A stretch of DNA of 47,371 nt from Candidatus Woesebacteria bacterium (GTDB lineage: Bacteria; Patescibacteriota; Microgenomatia; UBA8517): positions 1 to 47,371 of the forward strand of contig JAGUYM010000014.1 of NCBI GenBank assembly GCA_020061305.1, read 5' to 3'. Under the pieces are notes generated by a model that did not search any database, had not been told where the DNA came from, and was given only the letters and a program-made list of their open reading frames with translations. Of the stretch, positions 6,582-15,708 are shown piece by piece. The position numbers and the translations under genes were made by a program. Positions within the stretch are counted from its first letter, which is position 1; each line of letters starts with the position of its first letter.

Positions 6582-8450
6582 ATGAGAATTAAAAAGGTTC
6601 GGATAAATAACTATCGTTCAGTCCAGAATTCTGGAGACATTTATCTTGAGGAAAAGGTCACTATTCTTGCTGGAAAGAATGAGTCAGGGAAGACGGCCAT
6701 TTTAGAGGCGCTTGAAGATTTTGATAAAGATAAGGAAATTCGGAAAGAGGCTAAACCTATTTTTAACGAGGAAGCCGTATCACAGGTAGCAGTTACCTTT
6801 ACATTATCCGCAGATGAAGTAAATCCTTTATTACAGACAATCGGATTAGAGGGTAAAGAAGAAAAATCTTGTGACCTTACCATTACTAAGACATTTCCAA
6901 AAACTTATGATCTCGATGGTGACACATCGAAATGGCTGAATGGAAAATTAGACGGTCAAGCAAATGAAACCAGAAAGGCTATAAAAGGAAAAGCATCTTC
7001 TATTTCGTCAGCTCTGAAAAAAAATGAGTCAGTTGGCTTGGCTTTTCCAGAACTTGATTTTAGTGATACTGCGTCGCTAGTAAAGCAATTAACGGATTTT
7101 CAACAACAATTAACTCCGCTCTTGCCTAAGATTGAAGATGAGACACAGAGGAATGCTGCCACTCAAGATTTAGCCGAAGCTGTAAAGTTAGCCCAACAAC
7201 TTCAGGCAACTCTTGATCTAGTGAGGAAATTTACAGACGCGCTGGTCAAATCGACCCCCAATTTTATCTACTTTGACTCTTTTGAGAATCTTTTACCGTT
7301 TCAAATTCCTTTAGCTGAAGCCAAGAAAAACAAGGCGGTGCTAAATTTCGCTAAAATTTCTGAGATAGACCTAGATCTGCTTCTTAACGCAGAACGAACC
7401 CGACAGCAAAACATCAACTACTTAAGTCGTAAATCGACAACGATTACGGGAGATTTCTTGGACTTTTGGAATCAAGATAAGGTTGAACTTGAAGCGATGC
7501 TTGACGGAGATAATTTGGTATTTGGCTTTGTTGAAGAGGGTAAAAGTGAAAAGTTCAGCATGCAGCAACGAAGTAAGGGCTTCCAATGGTTTCTCTCTTT
7601 TTACATCCAGCTCAAGCTTCATTATGAGTCTGGCACACAAAATTACCTTCTGGTTGACGAACCTGGGCTTTATTTGCATGCTAAGGCACAAAGAGATGTT
7701 CTGAGTGTTCTAGAGGATCGTTCAGCCAAGATGCCTGTCATTTTCTCCACACATTCTCCTTACTTGCTCGATCCCGACAAGTTGGATCGGGTGCGTTTAG
7801 TTTTTAGAGGGCGAGAGGATGGGACGACTGTTGAATCGAAGATTCACAAAGTGTCAGACAAGGAAACCTTAACCCCTATCTTGACTGCAATAGGACTTGA
7901 AATAACAAGTGGAATTACCAATCCTGACAAACTCAATAATGTGGTGGTTGAGGGACCCTCCGATTGGTATTACCTCACATCTTTTAAAACTATCCTAGAT
8001 GATGGGCAGTTAAACTTCATTTACGGTGGCGGTTCAGGAAATATGCCAAAAGTGGGAACCATCCTACATGGTTGGGGTTGCAAAGTGCTATACCTTTACG
8101 ATAGTGACCAGGGTAAGAAGGATGGAGAGAAAAACCTAACTAAAAGGTGGTTAGTTGAAAAAGCACAAATCAAGGCGGTTTCGGATAGTGATGGCGTGCG
8201 GATCGAAGATTTGTTTACCCAAGAAGACTTTATAAATCATGTTTTAGAAGACAGCTCAAAAACTTATAAATCCAGCAACTCAGAGTATGTCACCAAAGCA
8301 AAAGCCGATAAAGTTTTATTAGCCAAAAAGTTCTTATCCAGAGCTACTGAAATGAAAGATAAACTCTCAAAGGATACCAAAGAAAACTTTAAGAAAGTAT
8401 TCGAAGTTCTAATTAAAGAGTTTTCTAGTGAGGAAAAAGCGAAGGTTTAG
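6582..8450 (+). CDS. OLD-family ATP-dependent endonuclease (ABC-type ATPase + TOPRIM)
   Basis: INNYRS, Walker A GKNESGKT, RSKG signature, LLVDEPGLYLH, STHSP, TOPRIM VVVEGPSD and YDSD. Confidence 0.85.
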   Translation: MRIKKVRINNYRSVQNSGDIYLEEKVTILAGKNESGKTAILEALEDFDKDKEIRKEAKPIFNEEAVSQVAVTFTLSADEVNPLLQTIGLEGKEEKSCDLTITKTFPKTYDLDGDTSKWLNGKLDGQANETRKAIKGKASSISSALKKNESVGLAFPELDFSDTASLVKQLTDFQQQLTPLLPKIEDETQRNAATQDLAEAVKLAQQLQATLDLVRKFTDALVKSTPNFIYFDSFENLLPFQIPLAEAKKNKAVLNFAKISEIDLDLLLNAERTRQQNINYLSRKSTTITGDFLDFWNQDKVELEAMLDGDNLVFGFVEEGKSEKFSMQQRSKGFQWFLSFYIQLKLHYESGTQNYLLVDEPGLYLHAKAQRDVLSVLEDRSAKMPVIFSTHSPYLLDPDKLDRVRLVFRGREDGTTVESKIHKVSDKETLTPILTAIGLEITSGITNPDKLNNVVVEGPSDWYYLTSFKTILDDGQLNFIYGGGSGNMPKVGTILHGWGCKVLYLYDSDQGKKDGEKNLTKRWLVEKAQIKAVSDSDGVRIEDLFTQEDFINHVLEDSSKTYKSSNSEYVTKAKADKVLLAKKFLSRATEMKDKLSKDTKENFKKVFEVLIKEFSSEEKAKV

Positions 8451-8455
8451 TTTAG

Positions 8456-10255
8456 TTACACCTCTTTGGTAACCAGGACTTCTTCTCCTAACATGTCAAT
8501 GATTTTGACTGCCACTTTGGTTGGTTTTTCTGTTATCTCAAGCTCGTATTCTCCTTTGACCAGATCGCTTTGTTTCTCAGGAACATCCGAGAACTCAATC
8601 TTGAAAACTTCACCATCGTAATTTGTATTAACCAGGACAACATCGATCATTGATCTAAAATCTGGTATTTTCTTCTGCAATAATCCTGGTTCAAGTTCTA
8701 AGCGTTTAATGATGGTGGGGGAGATAAAGGATGTAATCTTGATCTTTGCCTTATCCTTGCCTGCTCTGGTAATTTCGACTTCTGCCCTAGAAGGTTCATA
8801 GCTGACAAAGTTTTTGTCCTTGAGATCGAAGACGATAAATTGTCTCATGCGCTTGTTGGTGCGAGCGTCTTTGTGGGGTTGTTTTTTATCCCATTCTTCA
8901 ACCCATGAGTCAACCTTTGTCTCTCTACCGAGGCAGATAACAACGATGTCTCTGTCTTCTTCTGGTCGTTTACCTAGCTCGTCTTTTATTAGCTGGAGAT
9001 CTAGGAGGGTAAGTGGGTGGTTAAAGTCGATAATTTTCACTAACTCGCCACTATCCCTTAAGCCGTCAAAAAAGGTTTCTGTTTTTGTCCTGGTAATACC
9101 ATATTGCTGGATTGCTAACTCTTTTGCCTCGGTTTTAAGAACTCTTAAGTCGTAGTTATTAACCTTATAAACTCCAAAGGACTTACTTATTTGACCATCA
9201 AGGAGTTTCTTCTTCTGTTCTTTGATGATTTTCTGCAATCTATGGCTTGTTTGTTGAATCGCACCTTTATTGATATCTACACCCACCCACCGTCTACCTT
9301 CTTGTTGGGCGACGGCACAAGTTGTCCCCGATCCAATAAAACAATCCAATACTAGACCGTTGTTTGGGGAAGATGCTTTAACGATTCGCTCAAGAAGCGA
9401 TTCTGGTTTTTGAGTAGCATAGTTAGTTTTTTCAATTGCATTTCCTTGAACGGGATTAATATCGCTCCACACATCACCTGGGTTTTTTCCAGATTTTTCT
9501 AGTTCTTCTGCCTCAACTTCATATCGAGCTTCACCCCTTTTAGCTCTAGCAATTGTTTCTGGATTGTATGGAACTCTAACAGGATCGAGATCGAACTGAT
9601 ACTTGTCGCTCTTAGAATAAAAAAGTATGTTCTGGTGTTTTCTTCCCCATCTGTCGTTTCCGCTTGCACCCATGAAGTAATTCCAAACGATGTCGTTTTG
9701 AAAGTTGTCTTCGCCGAATACCTCATCCATTAAGACTCTCATGTAGTGGGTCATGTGATAGTCCAAATGGACATAAATACTACCTGTCTCGGATAGAAGT
9801 TCCTTGAGGAGTATTAACCGCTCATACATAAATTGGAAGTATTCATCTCTCTTCCAAATATCCTCATACATTGTTTGTTGAATTATCGATTCGCTATCTT
9901 CTTCAATTTTTCCTAAGTTTTTAAGTCCTCTCAGTTCAACCTTGCGCATGTAGTCTTTATTACTGGCGAAAGGAGGATCGATATAAATAAGATCGACCTT
10001 GCCTCTGAAACCAAGTTCTAGGAGGGAGGCGAGGACTTCTTTGTTGTCGCCGTGGAAGAGGAGGTTATACCAGTTCTTTTCTAGCTTGCTATATTCAGGC
10101 ACTTTGAGAGCTTCTTTGTCTCCAAAACTCTCGGTAAGTTGCGTGGGATAGCCTGTGACGAATTCTAGGGGTTTCTTATTAACCCAAGTCAGCATTGGTC
10201 TGCCGTTGGGTGTGCCGATCTTAATTTTTTTGTTTGTGTCGTTTGTCATAGTCAT
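8456..10255 (-). CDS. Type III-like R-M DNA methyltransferase (Mod, beta class)
   Basis: IYIDPPF precedes LDCFIGSGTT; TQKPESLLERI; ATG at 10255 overlaps the res stop (ATGA). Confidence 0.9.
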   Translation of the reverse strand: MTMTNDTNKKIKIGTPNGRPMLTWVNKKPLEFVTGYPTQLTESFGDKEALKVPEYSKLEKNWYNLLFHGDNKEVLASLLELGFRGKVDLIYIDPPFASNKDYMRKVELRGLKNLGKIEEDSESIIQQTMYEDIWKRDEYFQFMYERLILLKELLSETGSIYVHLDYHMTHYMRVLMDEVFGEDNFQNDIVWNYFMGASGNDRWGRKHQNILFYSKSDKYQFDLDPVRVPYNPETIARAKRGEARYEVEAEELEKSGKNPGDVWSDINPVQGNAIEKTNYATQKPESLLERIVKASSPNNGLVLDCFIGSGTTCAVAQQEGRRWVGVDINKGAIQQTSHRLQKIIKEQKKKLLDGQISKSFGVYKVNNYDLRVLKTEAKELAIQQYGITRTKTETFFDGLRDSGELVKIIDFNHPLTLLDLQLIKDELGKRPEEDRDIVVICLGRETKVDSWVEEWDKKQPHKDARTNKRMRQFIVFDLKDKNFVSYEPSRAEVEITRAGKDKAKIKITSFISPTIIKRLELEPGLLQKKIPDFRSMIDVVLVNTNYDGEVFKIEFSDVPEKQSDLVKGEYELEITEKPTKVAVKIIDMLGEEVLVTKEV

Positions 10256-12834
10256 TTTTGGGTTTGGTAAATCCAATTAAAGACTGGCGTTACTTTACCA
10301 AACACCGATTCACCTTCCTCTAATAGCAGGAGTTCATATTTAATTTTATCAGGATTTATCGCCTCTAGTTGTTTCATTTCTTTCTCTGCCGCCTCGTTTC
10401 TGTATGGCTTACCTTTGACTTCGACGATGAGTGATTTACCATCCTTCTTTCTAATCAAAAAGTCGGGTGTATAAGAGTGCCAATCTCCTTTATTGTCTTT
10501 ATATTCAAATGCAAAGTCAGTTTTCTCTCTATCGGTCAGCGCTCCTGTAAAGTAAATATCATCGATATTATCTGGGTCTTCGCCGAGTTTGTCCAACATT
10601 TGTTCAAAAAAGGCTCGTTCGTCTTCTGAGTCAAAGTTGTAAGGGTCATAGTGGAAGCCAAACAAAGGCATCTGTCCAGCCTTCTTTTTGTAGGCGTCGG
10701 TGTCCAAGACATACTTTTCAAGGTTGTCCTTATTGACCCTAATATGGGTTACATAGGATGTCTTGCCGTCTTCGACTTCTTCCTCAAATCCTTTGGTTTT
10801 AATCAGCGCCAGAGCTTCCTCAACAGTCTCGGTAGTAACTTTGTATTTGATAACCTGTTTTTCCAGCTGTAAACGGACAAGCTCTAGGTCGACTGCAGAC
10901 ATCTCCCCATCTGGGTAAAGAGGAGTAAGGAGCTTATAAACCTCTAGAGAGTCCAGGCGATAAGTGTGGGCAAGCAAGACTGCTGCCTGGTATAAATCAA
11001 CCTTCACATCTTTGGGTTTTGATTTTTCACTATCAACCTCAACCAGGACGCCTTTCCTTTGGGTCTTGGACATGGTGTAAATAGTCTTCTCAAGCCCTTC
11101 TACGGCGTCAGATTTGGGCTTCTCGACTCTCAAGGCGGTAGATGTATCGTCTTCGGGGATGATCTTTTGGATGAGCTTCTTGATAACGACTGGTTCGATC
11201 TCTAGCTTTTTGAGAGTTATTTTGACGGGATAAGTGTCGGTTTTGGCACGATTCAGGTCATCCAAGCCTTCACCAAATGTTTCCTGGAGCTGGCGATCTA
11301 GCACCGAGACATTGGCTTTGGAGAGATAAATCTTAGCTTTTTTAGTATTGCCGTTTACCTGCCTTAAACACCTGCTGGCTGCCTGAAGCACGAAGTTGTT
11401 GCTTGATGAGAGTTTCCTGGCAAGCGCAGTAGCAAATAAGGATAGGCAATTCCACCCTTCAGTGCCTTTATTGACCAGCAAGAACACTCTGTAGGGTAGG
11501 TGCGGGTCATTAATGCGGTTATCAAATAGATCCTTGATGTCTTCTGGCGATTTATTATGGACTGGCAAGACCACTGAGGGATCAAGTTTCAGGGAGATAA
11601 GAGTCTGTTCGACGATTGGTTTAGCTTTATCCAAGTCATCAACCTGAGGAAAGTATATTGCCAGCTTTGCATATTCGCCGTTATTAACTCTCACATCTTT
11701 GTATTCTTGAAAAAAGTCTTTAACAATATCGATAACAAAGTCTTCCTCTGAAACCTCTTTATAAGCAACAATATTGCCTCGGACTTCCTTGAGAATGCCA
11801 TCTTCAATGCCCTGGGAAAGCCCATACCAGTAAATAACATCACGCAGAAGTTGTCTCTGGAAGTAGGGCGTGCCTGTAGTATTAACAACCGCCAGAAGGT
11901 TAGTCTTTTCGCTGATGTAGTTAATGGTTTGGCGCACTCGTTTGAGATCCTCAGCTAGGGCTTGTCCGTAAGTGTGGTGCGCTTCGTCAGAAAAGACTGC
12001 CAGATGAGGAAGAGAGGTGATAGATTGAAGGCGCAGATTGGCAACAAGTTCTTTGGCTTCTTCTAGCCCTAAGCTCAGTTGTGTGCCGAGGAAGGATTTG
12101 GGAATGCTGTTTTTCTGCAGTCTGATTTTCTCTGTATTAGTAACAATGACATTGAAAGAACTGCCTCGAATAACAGGAATGTCCTTCTCACCGTCCCTGG
12201 TGTAGGTAAACTTCACATTAGTGACAAATGACTTATAGAAGCGCGTTGGTAGGATCTTGTCATAGGGAGTATCAGCAATTTCTTTTAATGCTCCTAGAAT
12301 GGTTTTCCCAGGTGCAAACACCAGGGCGTTTCTGACAAAGATGCCGTCCTTCTCCTGATATTCCAGAGCCATCGCAAACTCAGTGGCAATGATAGAGGCA
12401 ACCAGAATTGTCTTGCCAGCTCCCATTGCTAAGGCAAGAATATAGCTTGGATATGGAAGAGTTAGGGTTTCTCTTAATGCTTCTAGCCTGTATTTCTTGA
12501 CAAACACATCGTTGGTTCTGACCTTATCAATGATGGAATCTAGTCCGCCTCCTGCCAGCAAGAGGTCGGTTAAATCCTCCTCTGATAAAGAAATGCCTAG
12601 TGCCTTTAATAGTTCTTTTCCTTGAAAATATTCCTTGTAAAGATCGAAAATGTTTGGTGTGTTTTTGACTAAGCGCAAATACCAGTAAGTTTCTAACGCC
12701 TCAAATTGCGCTTGTCTTAGAAAATTATTTCTATTGAAGTTTAGGATGGTTGCAATAACAGGGTAGGAGGAGGAATATCCCTGCTGTCTCCAGTTAATAA
12801 CATCTGATTTTAATTGTTGATATAAGTTGTTCAT
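10252..12834 (-). CDS. Type III restriction enzyme Res subunit (SF2 helicase + PD-(D/E)xK nuclease)
   Basis: AMGAGKT, DEAHH, EGW, QAASRCLR; C-terminal TPDF...IVEVKG. Confidence 0.88.
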   Translation of the reverse strand: MNNLYQQLKSDVINWRQQGYSSSYPVIATILNFNRNNFLRQAQFEALETYWYLRLVKNTPNIFDLYKEYFQGKELLKALGISLSEEDLTDLLLAGGGLDSIIDKVRTNDVFVKKYRLEALRETLTLPYPSYILALAMGAGKTILVASIIATEFAMALEYQEKDGIFVRNALVFAPGKTILGALKEIADTPYDKILPTRFYKSFVTNVKFTYTRDGEKDIPVIRGSSFNVIVTNTEKIRLQKNSIPKSFLGTQLSLGLEEAKELVANLRLQSITSLPHLAVFSDEAHHTYGQALAEDLKRVRQTINYISEKTNLLAVVNTTGTPYFQRQLLRDVIYWYGLSQGIEDGILKEVRGNIVAYKEVSEEDFVIDIVKDFFQEYKDVRVNNGEYAKLAIYFPQVDDLDKAKPIVEQTLISLKLDPSVVLPVHNKSPEDIKDLFDNRINDPHLPYRVFLLVNKGTEGWNCLSLFATALARKLSSSNNFVLQAASRCLRQVNGNTKKAKIYLSKANVSVLDRQLQETFGEGLDDLNRAKTDTYPVKITLKKLEIEPVVIKKLIQKIIPEDDTSTALRVEKPKSDAVEGLEKTIYTMSKTQRKGVLVEVDSEKSKPKDVKVDLYQAAVLLAHTYRLDSLEVYKLLTPLYPDGEMSAVDLELVRLQLEKQVIKYKVTTETVEEALALIKTKGFEEEVEDGKTSYVTHIRVNKDNLEKYVLDTDAYKKKAGQMPLFGFHYDPYNFDSEDERAFFEQMLDKLGEDPDNIDDIYFTGALTDREKTDFAFEYKDNKGDWHSYTPDFLIRKKDGKSLIVEVKGKPYRNEAAEKEMKQLEAINPDKIKYELLLLEEGESVFGKVTPVFNWIYQTQK

Positions 12835-12836
12835 AT

Positions 12837-13499
12837 TTATAGATTCTCGGTTAGAAATCGCTGAACTCCCTCTAGCATTGACCTAACATCTTCTGCTTTA
12901 TACTCATCAAATTTACCATGATCGGCACTATCCCTAATTGCTTTCCATGCTTGGATTTGTTTCTGCATTAAACGGCTATAGATTTCCTTATCGGCAAGTT
13001 TAGTGTTGAGCGATCCAATGTCATCTCCTGTTTTGACATCAACAGAATTTTTTTGTGCCAGTTGTCTTAAACCATTCTCCAACACCGCTCCTGTAAGAGA
13101 AGCTGCGGAATCCTTATAGTTATTGCCTAATAAATGCTGAGCCATCTCAATGAAGTCTGTAAAAATCTCTGCGCTTACCAAGTCTCTTACCCTTGTGAGA
13201 AAACCCAGCCCTAAGTCTTCTTTTAGCGCTTTTAATATTCCTATACCGTGGTCAACATCGGAGGGGAAAGCGCTTTTTACTTCTTCTACAAAGTTTTTGT
13301 AATAAGAACTGCTTTCACCACAAACCATTGAAATAAAGTTTTGGGAGTTGTTTTTCCATTCATGAAAGGAGGCACTGTTCACTCTATCTGGTGCTACGAC
13401 TCTATCAGAACTTCTGTTAAAACGGGTTGCAGCTACGCCTTGTGCTTTTTGCAAAAGCTGTTCAGTTCGTTCGATGAGTTTTTGTGTTACTGAATTCAT
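12837..13499 (-). CDS. HEPN-domain (DUF4145-like) protein, putative RNase
   Basis: SAASLTGAVLE helix and RxxxxH motif RDSADH. Confidence 0.75.
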   Translation of the reverse strand: MNSVTQKLIERTEQLLQKAQGVAATRFNRSSDRVVAPDRVNSASFHEWKNNSQNFISMVCGESSSYYKNFVEEVKSAFPSDVDHGIGILKALKEDLGLGFLTRVRDLVSAEIFTDFIEMAQHLLGNNYKDSAASLTGAVLENGLRQLAQKNSVDVKTGDDIGSLNTKLADKEIYSRLMQKQIQAWKAIRDSADHGKFDEYKAEDVRSMLEGVQRFLTENL

Positions 13500-13500
13500 A

Positions 13501-13683
13501 TCATATTTTCATTAATTTTTCTATATCTTCTGGTCGATAACGCCTATCGCCGCGCTCGTTTACTCTTATAGCTTTTAGTTTCCCGCGCTTGTCCCAGCGC
13601 CTCAAGGTCTCCACATGCACATTAAGGATTTCAGAAGCCTGTTTTATTGTTAGTAACTTTGGTAGTGCCTTATCTTTGCTCAT
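13501..13683 (-). CDS. MerR-like/excisionase-family winged HTH
   Basis: LLTIKQASEILNVHVETLRRWD.RGKL...GDRRY. Confidence 0.9.
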   Translation of the reverse strand: MSKDKALPKLLTIKQASEILNVHVETLRRWDKRGKLKAIRVNERGDRRYRPEDIEKLMKI

Positions 13684-13684
13684 A

Positions 13685-15493
13685 TTAATGTTGGCTGTTA
13701 AGCCTGGTTGCTATGGCTTCCTGCTCGTCATACAGAGGTTTATCCTGATCGATCATCCTCTGTTCGGCAGCGCTTAACCACTGATTAGCCTCCATCTTGG
13801 AAACGATTGCAGAGATATTAGCAATTCTTACTCCAATTATCTCATTGATTCTATCAACATCAGTTTTGTTTTTTTCGTAGAAACTTGAGTTGTTTTTGAG
13901 ACTTGACCAGCTTGGCTGAATTTCTCGTAGCCTTGATAGGCTTGTTTTCCAAGACTCAATATCCTCTTTTTTATAGTTGGGGGGAATGTAACCAGCAGCA
14001 TGGACAACAATAAGCTGCGTAGGACATCCATTTAGGCTTCCTTGGACTTCTGCTATACCTATGTCATCAAACTTTTTATCAAACCATACATTTTTGGCAT
14101 CTGTTGAATCTCTTTCGAGATAATCCTCAACTAACTCGTCAGCAGTATAGTAACCCTCTAATGACCATTCCCACACATAGCTATTCCAATACCCAGCTTT
14201 TGACATTGCACTTGAGACGACATCGTATGAAGCCTGTTGTTGAGTAGTGTTATTCTTTAATAGTGATTCTGCTCGTATTTGTGCAGATTTATCAAGTTTA
14301 GGCTCGTATTTTACTGGCGTTGCACCATTTTCTTTGCGTTTTTCGTTAAGTAGCTCGACAAATCTATTTCTGTCGATTGTTGGTTTTACCGTGTCTGACA
14401 AATCATTTGTTGCATCGTGCCAGTTCTTATCAAGTTTGCCCTTCTGTTTTTCCAAAGGTAGAACTAGGCGGATGTCTTTTATTGGAGCAAAGCCAATTTC
14501 TCTTGAATCGGAACTACCTTTTCGGTTGTCGCCCATAGCAAAAATTGCGTCTTGGGGGACGGTAACTGCCTGACATTCCTTTAGAAACTTTTCTCCGAAT
14601 GTCGAGCGGGGTTTGGCAATATAAGGCTCTTTTTGTGGTTCGTTATTAAGGTAAACAATGCCGTCTCTTAGTTCTATTGTGTCTCCAGGAAGCCCGATGA
14701 TTCTTTTTAATAGTCCCGCTGGGTTTGCGCCATCTCTACTTGTGAGTTCTCTTGTCGCGTCATTTTCCCAGGTGATAATGTCACCTCTACCTAGAGTATG
14801 TCCTAGATATCTTTTTCCACCAATAACGATGCCATTCGGATAGGGCAAGAAGCCAGCAGTAGTAATAATCTCCTTGGCAAGATCCTTGTTGCTTTTACCC
14901 TTTGTTCCTTTGTCCCAAGTCGGATACATAGAGCCAGTTCCTACGATATTAATATCCTCTGTAATATAACCGAGCTGGTTCGCGGCCAAAGCGCCAACAG
15001 ATACATAGCCAACAACCCAGATGGGTAAAATAATTGCACAAACCAATACAAGTGCTACTAATTTCGTTAAAACTAGCTTTGGACGCAGGGATTTCAATAA
15101 ACCTCTTAATTTCTCTTGTTTTAGTCTCTTTACGATTTCAAGTGGTTTGATGATAACGACCAATAAATAGAGTGGAAGAGTGGCTAGCGCAAAGAATAGC
15201 TTAATTAGGAATAAAAAGATGTTTTGTTTCTTCTGCGATCTCTTAGATAAAAGTTGTGCGGTAAAACCTATCACACCAATTAAAAAGGCAAGGCAACCGA
15301 GCAATATTAACCCTAGGAGAGAGAAGGCGAAGACATCTGGTGCTTTATCAAAAAGCTCCTTCCTGATGCCCAGAACATAACCCATAATTGCAAAGACGCC
15401 TATAATGCATGCTAGCCAGATGAAAATAGAGACCTTGGTGATCCTGTTGAGAAGTTTCCCTTTGTCTAGTTTTAACGATAATTTCTTCGGCAT
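13685..15493 (-). CDS. Signal peptidase I (S26) fused to a CAP/SCP-like extracellular domain
   Basis: Four TM segments; GSMYPT (Ser), KRIIGLPGD (Lys), GDNRKGSSDSR; CAP-like LNEKR...PVKYEPKLDKSAQIRA...FDDIGIA. Confidence 0.85.
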   Translation of the reverse strand: MPKKLSLKLDKGKLLNRITKVSIFIWLACIIGVFAIMGYVLGIRKELFDKAPDVFAFSLLGLILLGCLAFLIGVIGFTAQLLSKRSQKKQNIFLFLIKLFFALATLPLYLLVVIIKPLEIVKRLKQEKLRGLLKSLRPKLVLTKLVALVLVCAIILPIWVVGYVSVGALAANQLGYITEDINIVGTGSMYPTWDKGTKGKSNKDLAKEIITTAGFLPYPNGIVIGGKRYLGHTLGRGDIITWENDATRELTSRDGANPAGLLKRIIGLPGDTIELRDGIVYLNNEPQKEPYIAKPRSTFGEKFLKECQAVTVPQDAIFAMGDNRKGSSDSREIGFAPIKDIRLVLPLEKQKGKLDKNWHDATNDLSDTVKPTIDRNRFVELLNEKRKENGATPVKYEPKLDKSAQIRAESLLKNNTTQQQASYDVVSSAMSKAGYWNSYVWEWSLEGYYTADELVEDYLERDSTDAKNVWFDKKFDDIGIAEVQGSLNGCPTQLIVVHAAGYIPPNYKKEDIESWKTSLSRLREIQPSWSSLKNNSSFYEKNKTDVDRINEIIGVRIANISAIVSKMEANQWLSAAEQRMIDQDKPLYDEQEAIATRLNSQH

Positions 15494-15543
15494 ACCTCAA
15501 CAAAAGTATACTAAAAACAGCTAATAATTGATATACTGTTTCT

Positions 15544-15708
15544 ATGGGTAGAATTAATGCAAAGTGGCACTTAGCCAACAAAATGCCTAAAAACCCAACC
15601 TTGGATCAGAGAGTTGCCTGGCACATTGATCATGCGAGGAATTGCTCTTGCCGTCCTTTGGGTGGAAAAATTCTGGAAGAGATAAAAAGGCGAGGATTAA
15701 AGGTTTAA
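15544..15708 (+). CDS. Small His/Cys-rich hypothetical protein (54 aa, not in the ORF track)
   Basis: MGRINAKWHLANKMPKNPTLDQRVAWHIDHARNCSCRPLGGKILEEIKRRGLKV. Confidence 0.65.
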   Translation: MGRINAKWHLANKMPKNPTLDQRVAWHIDHARNCSCRPLGGKILEEIKRRGLKV

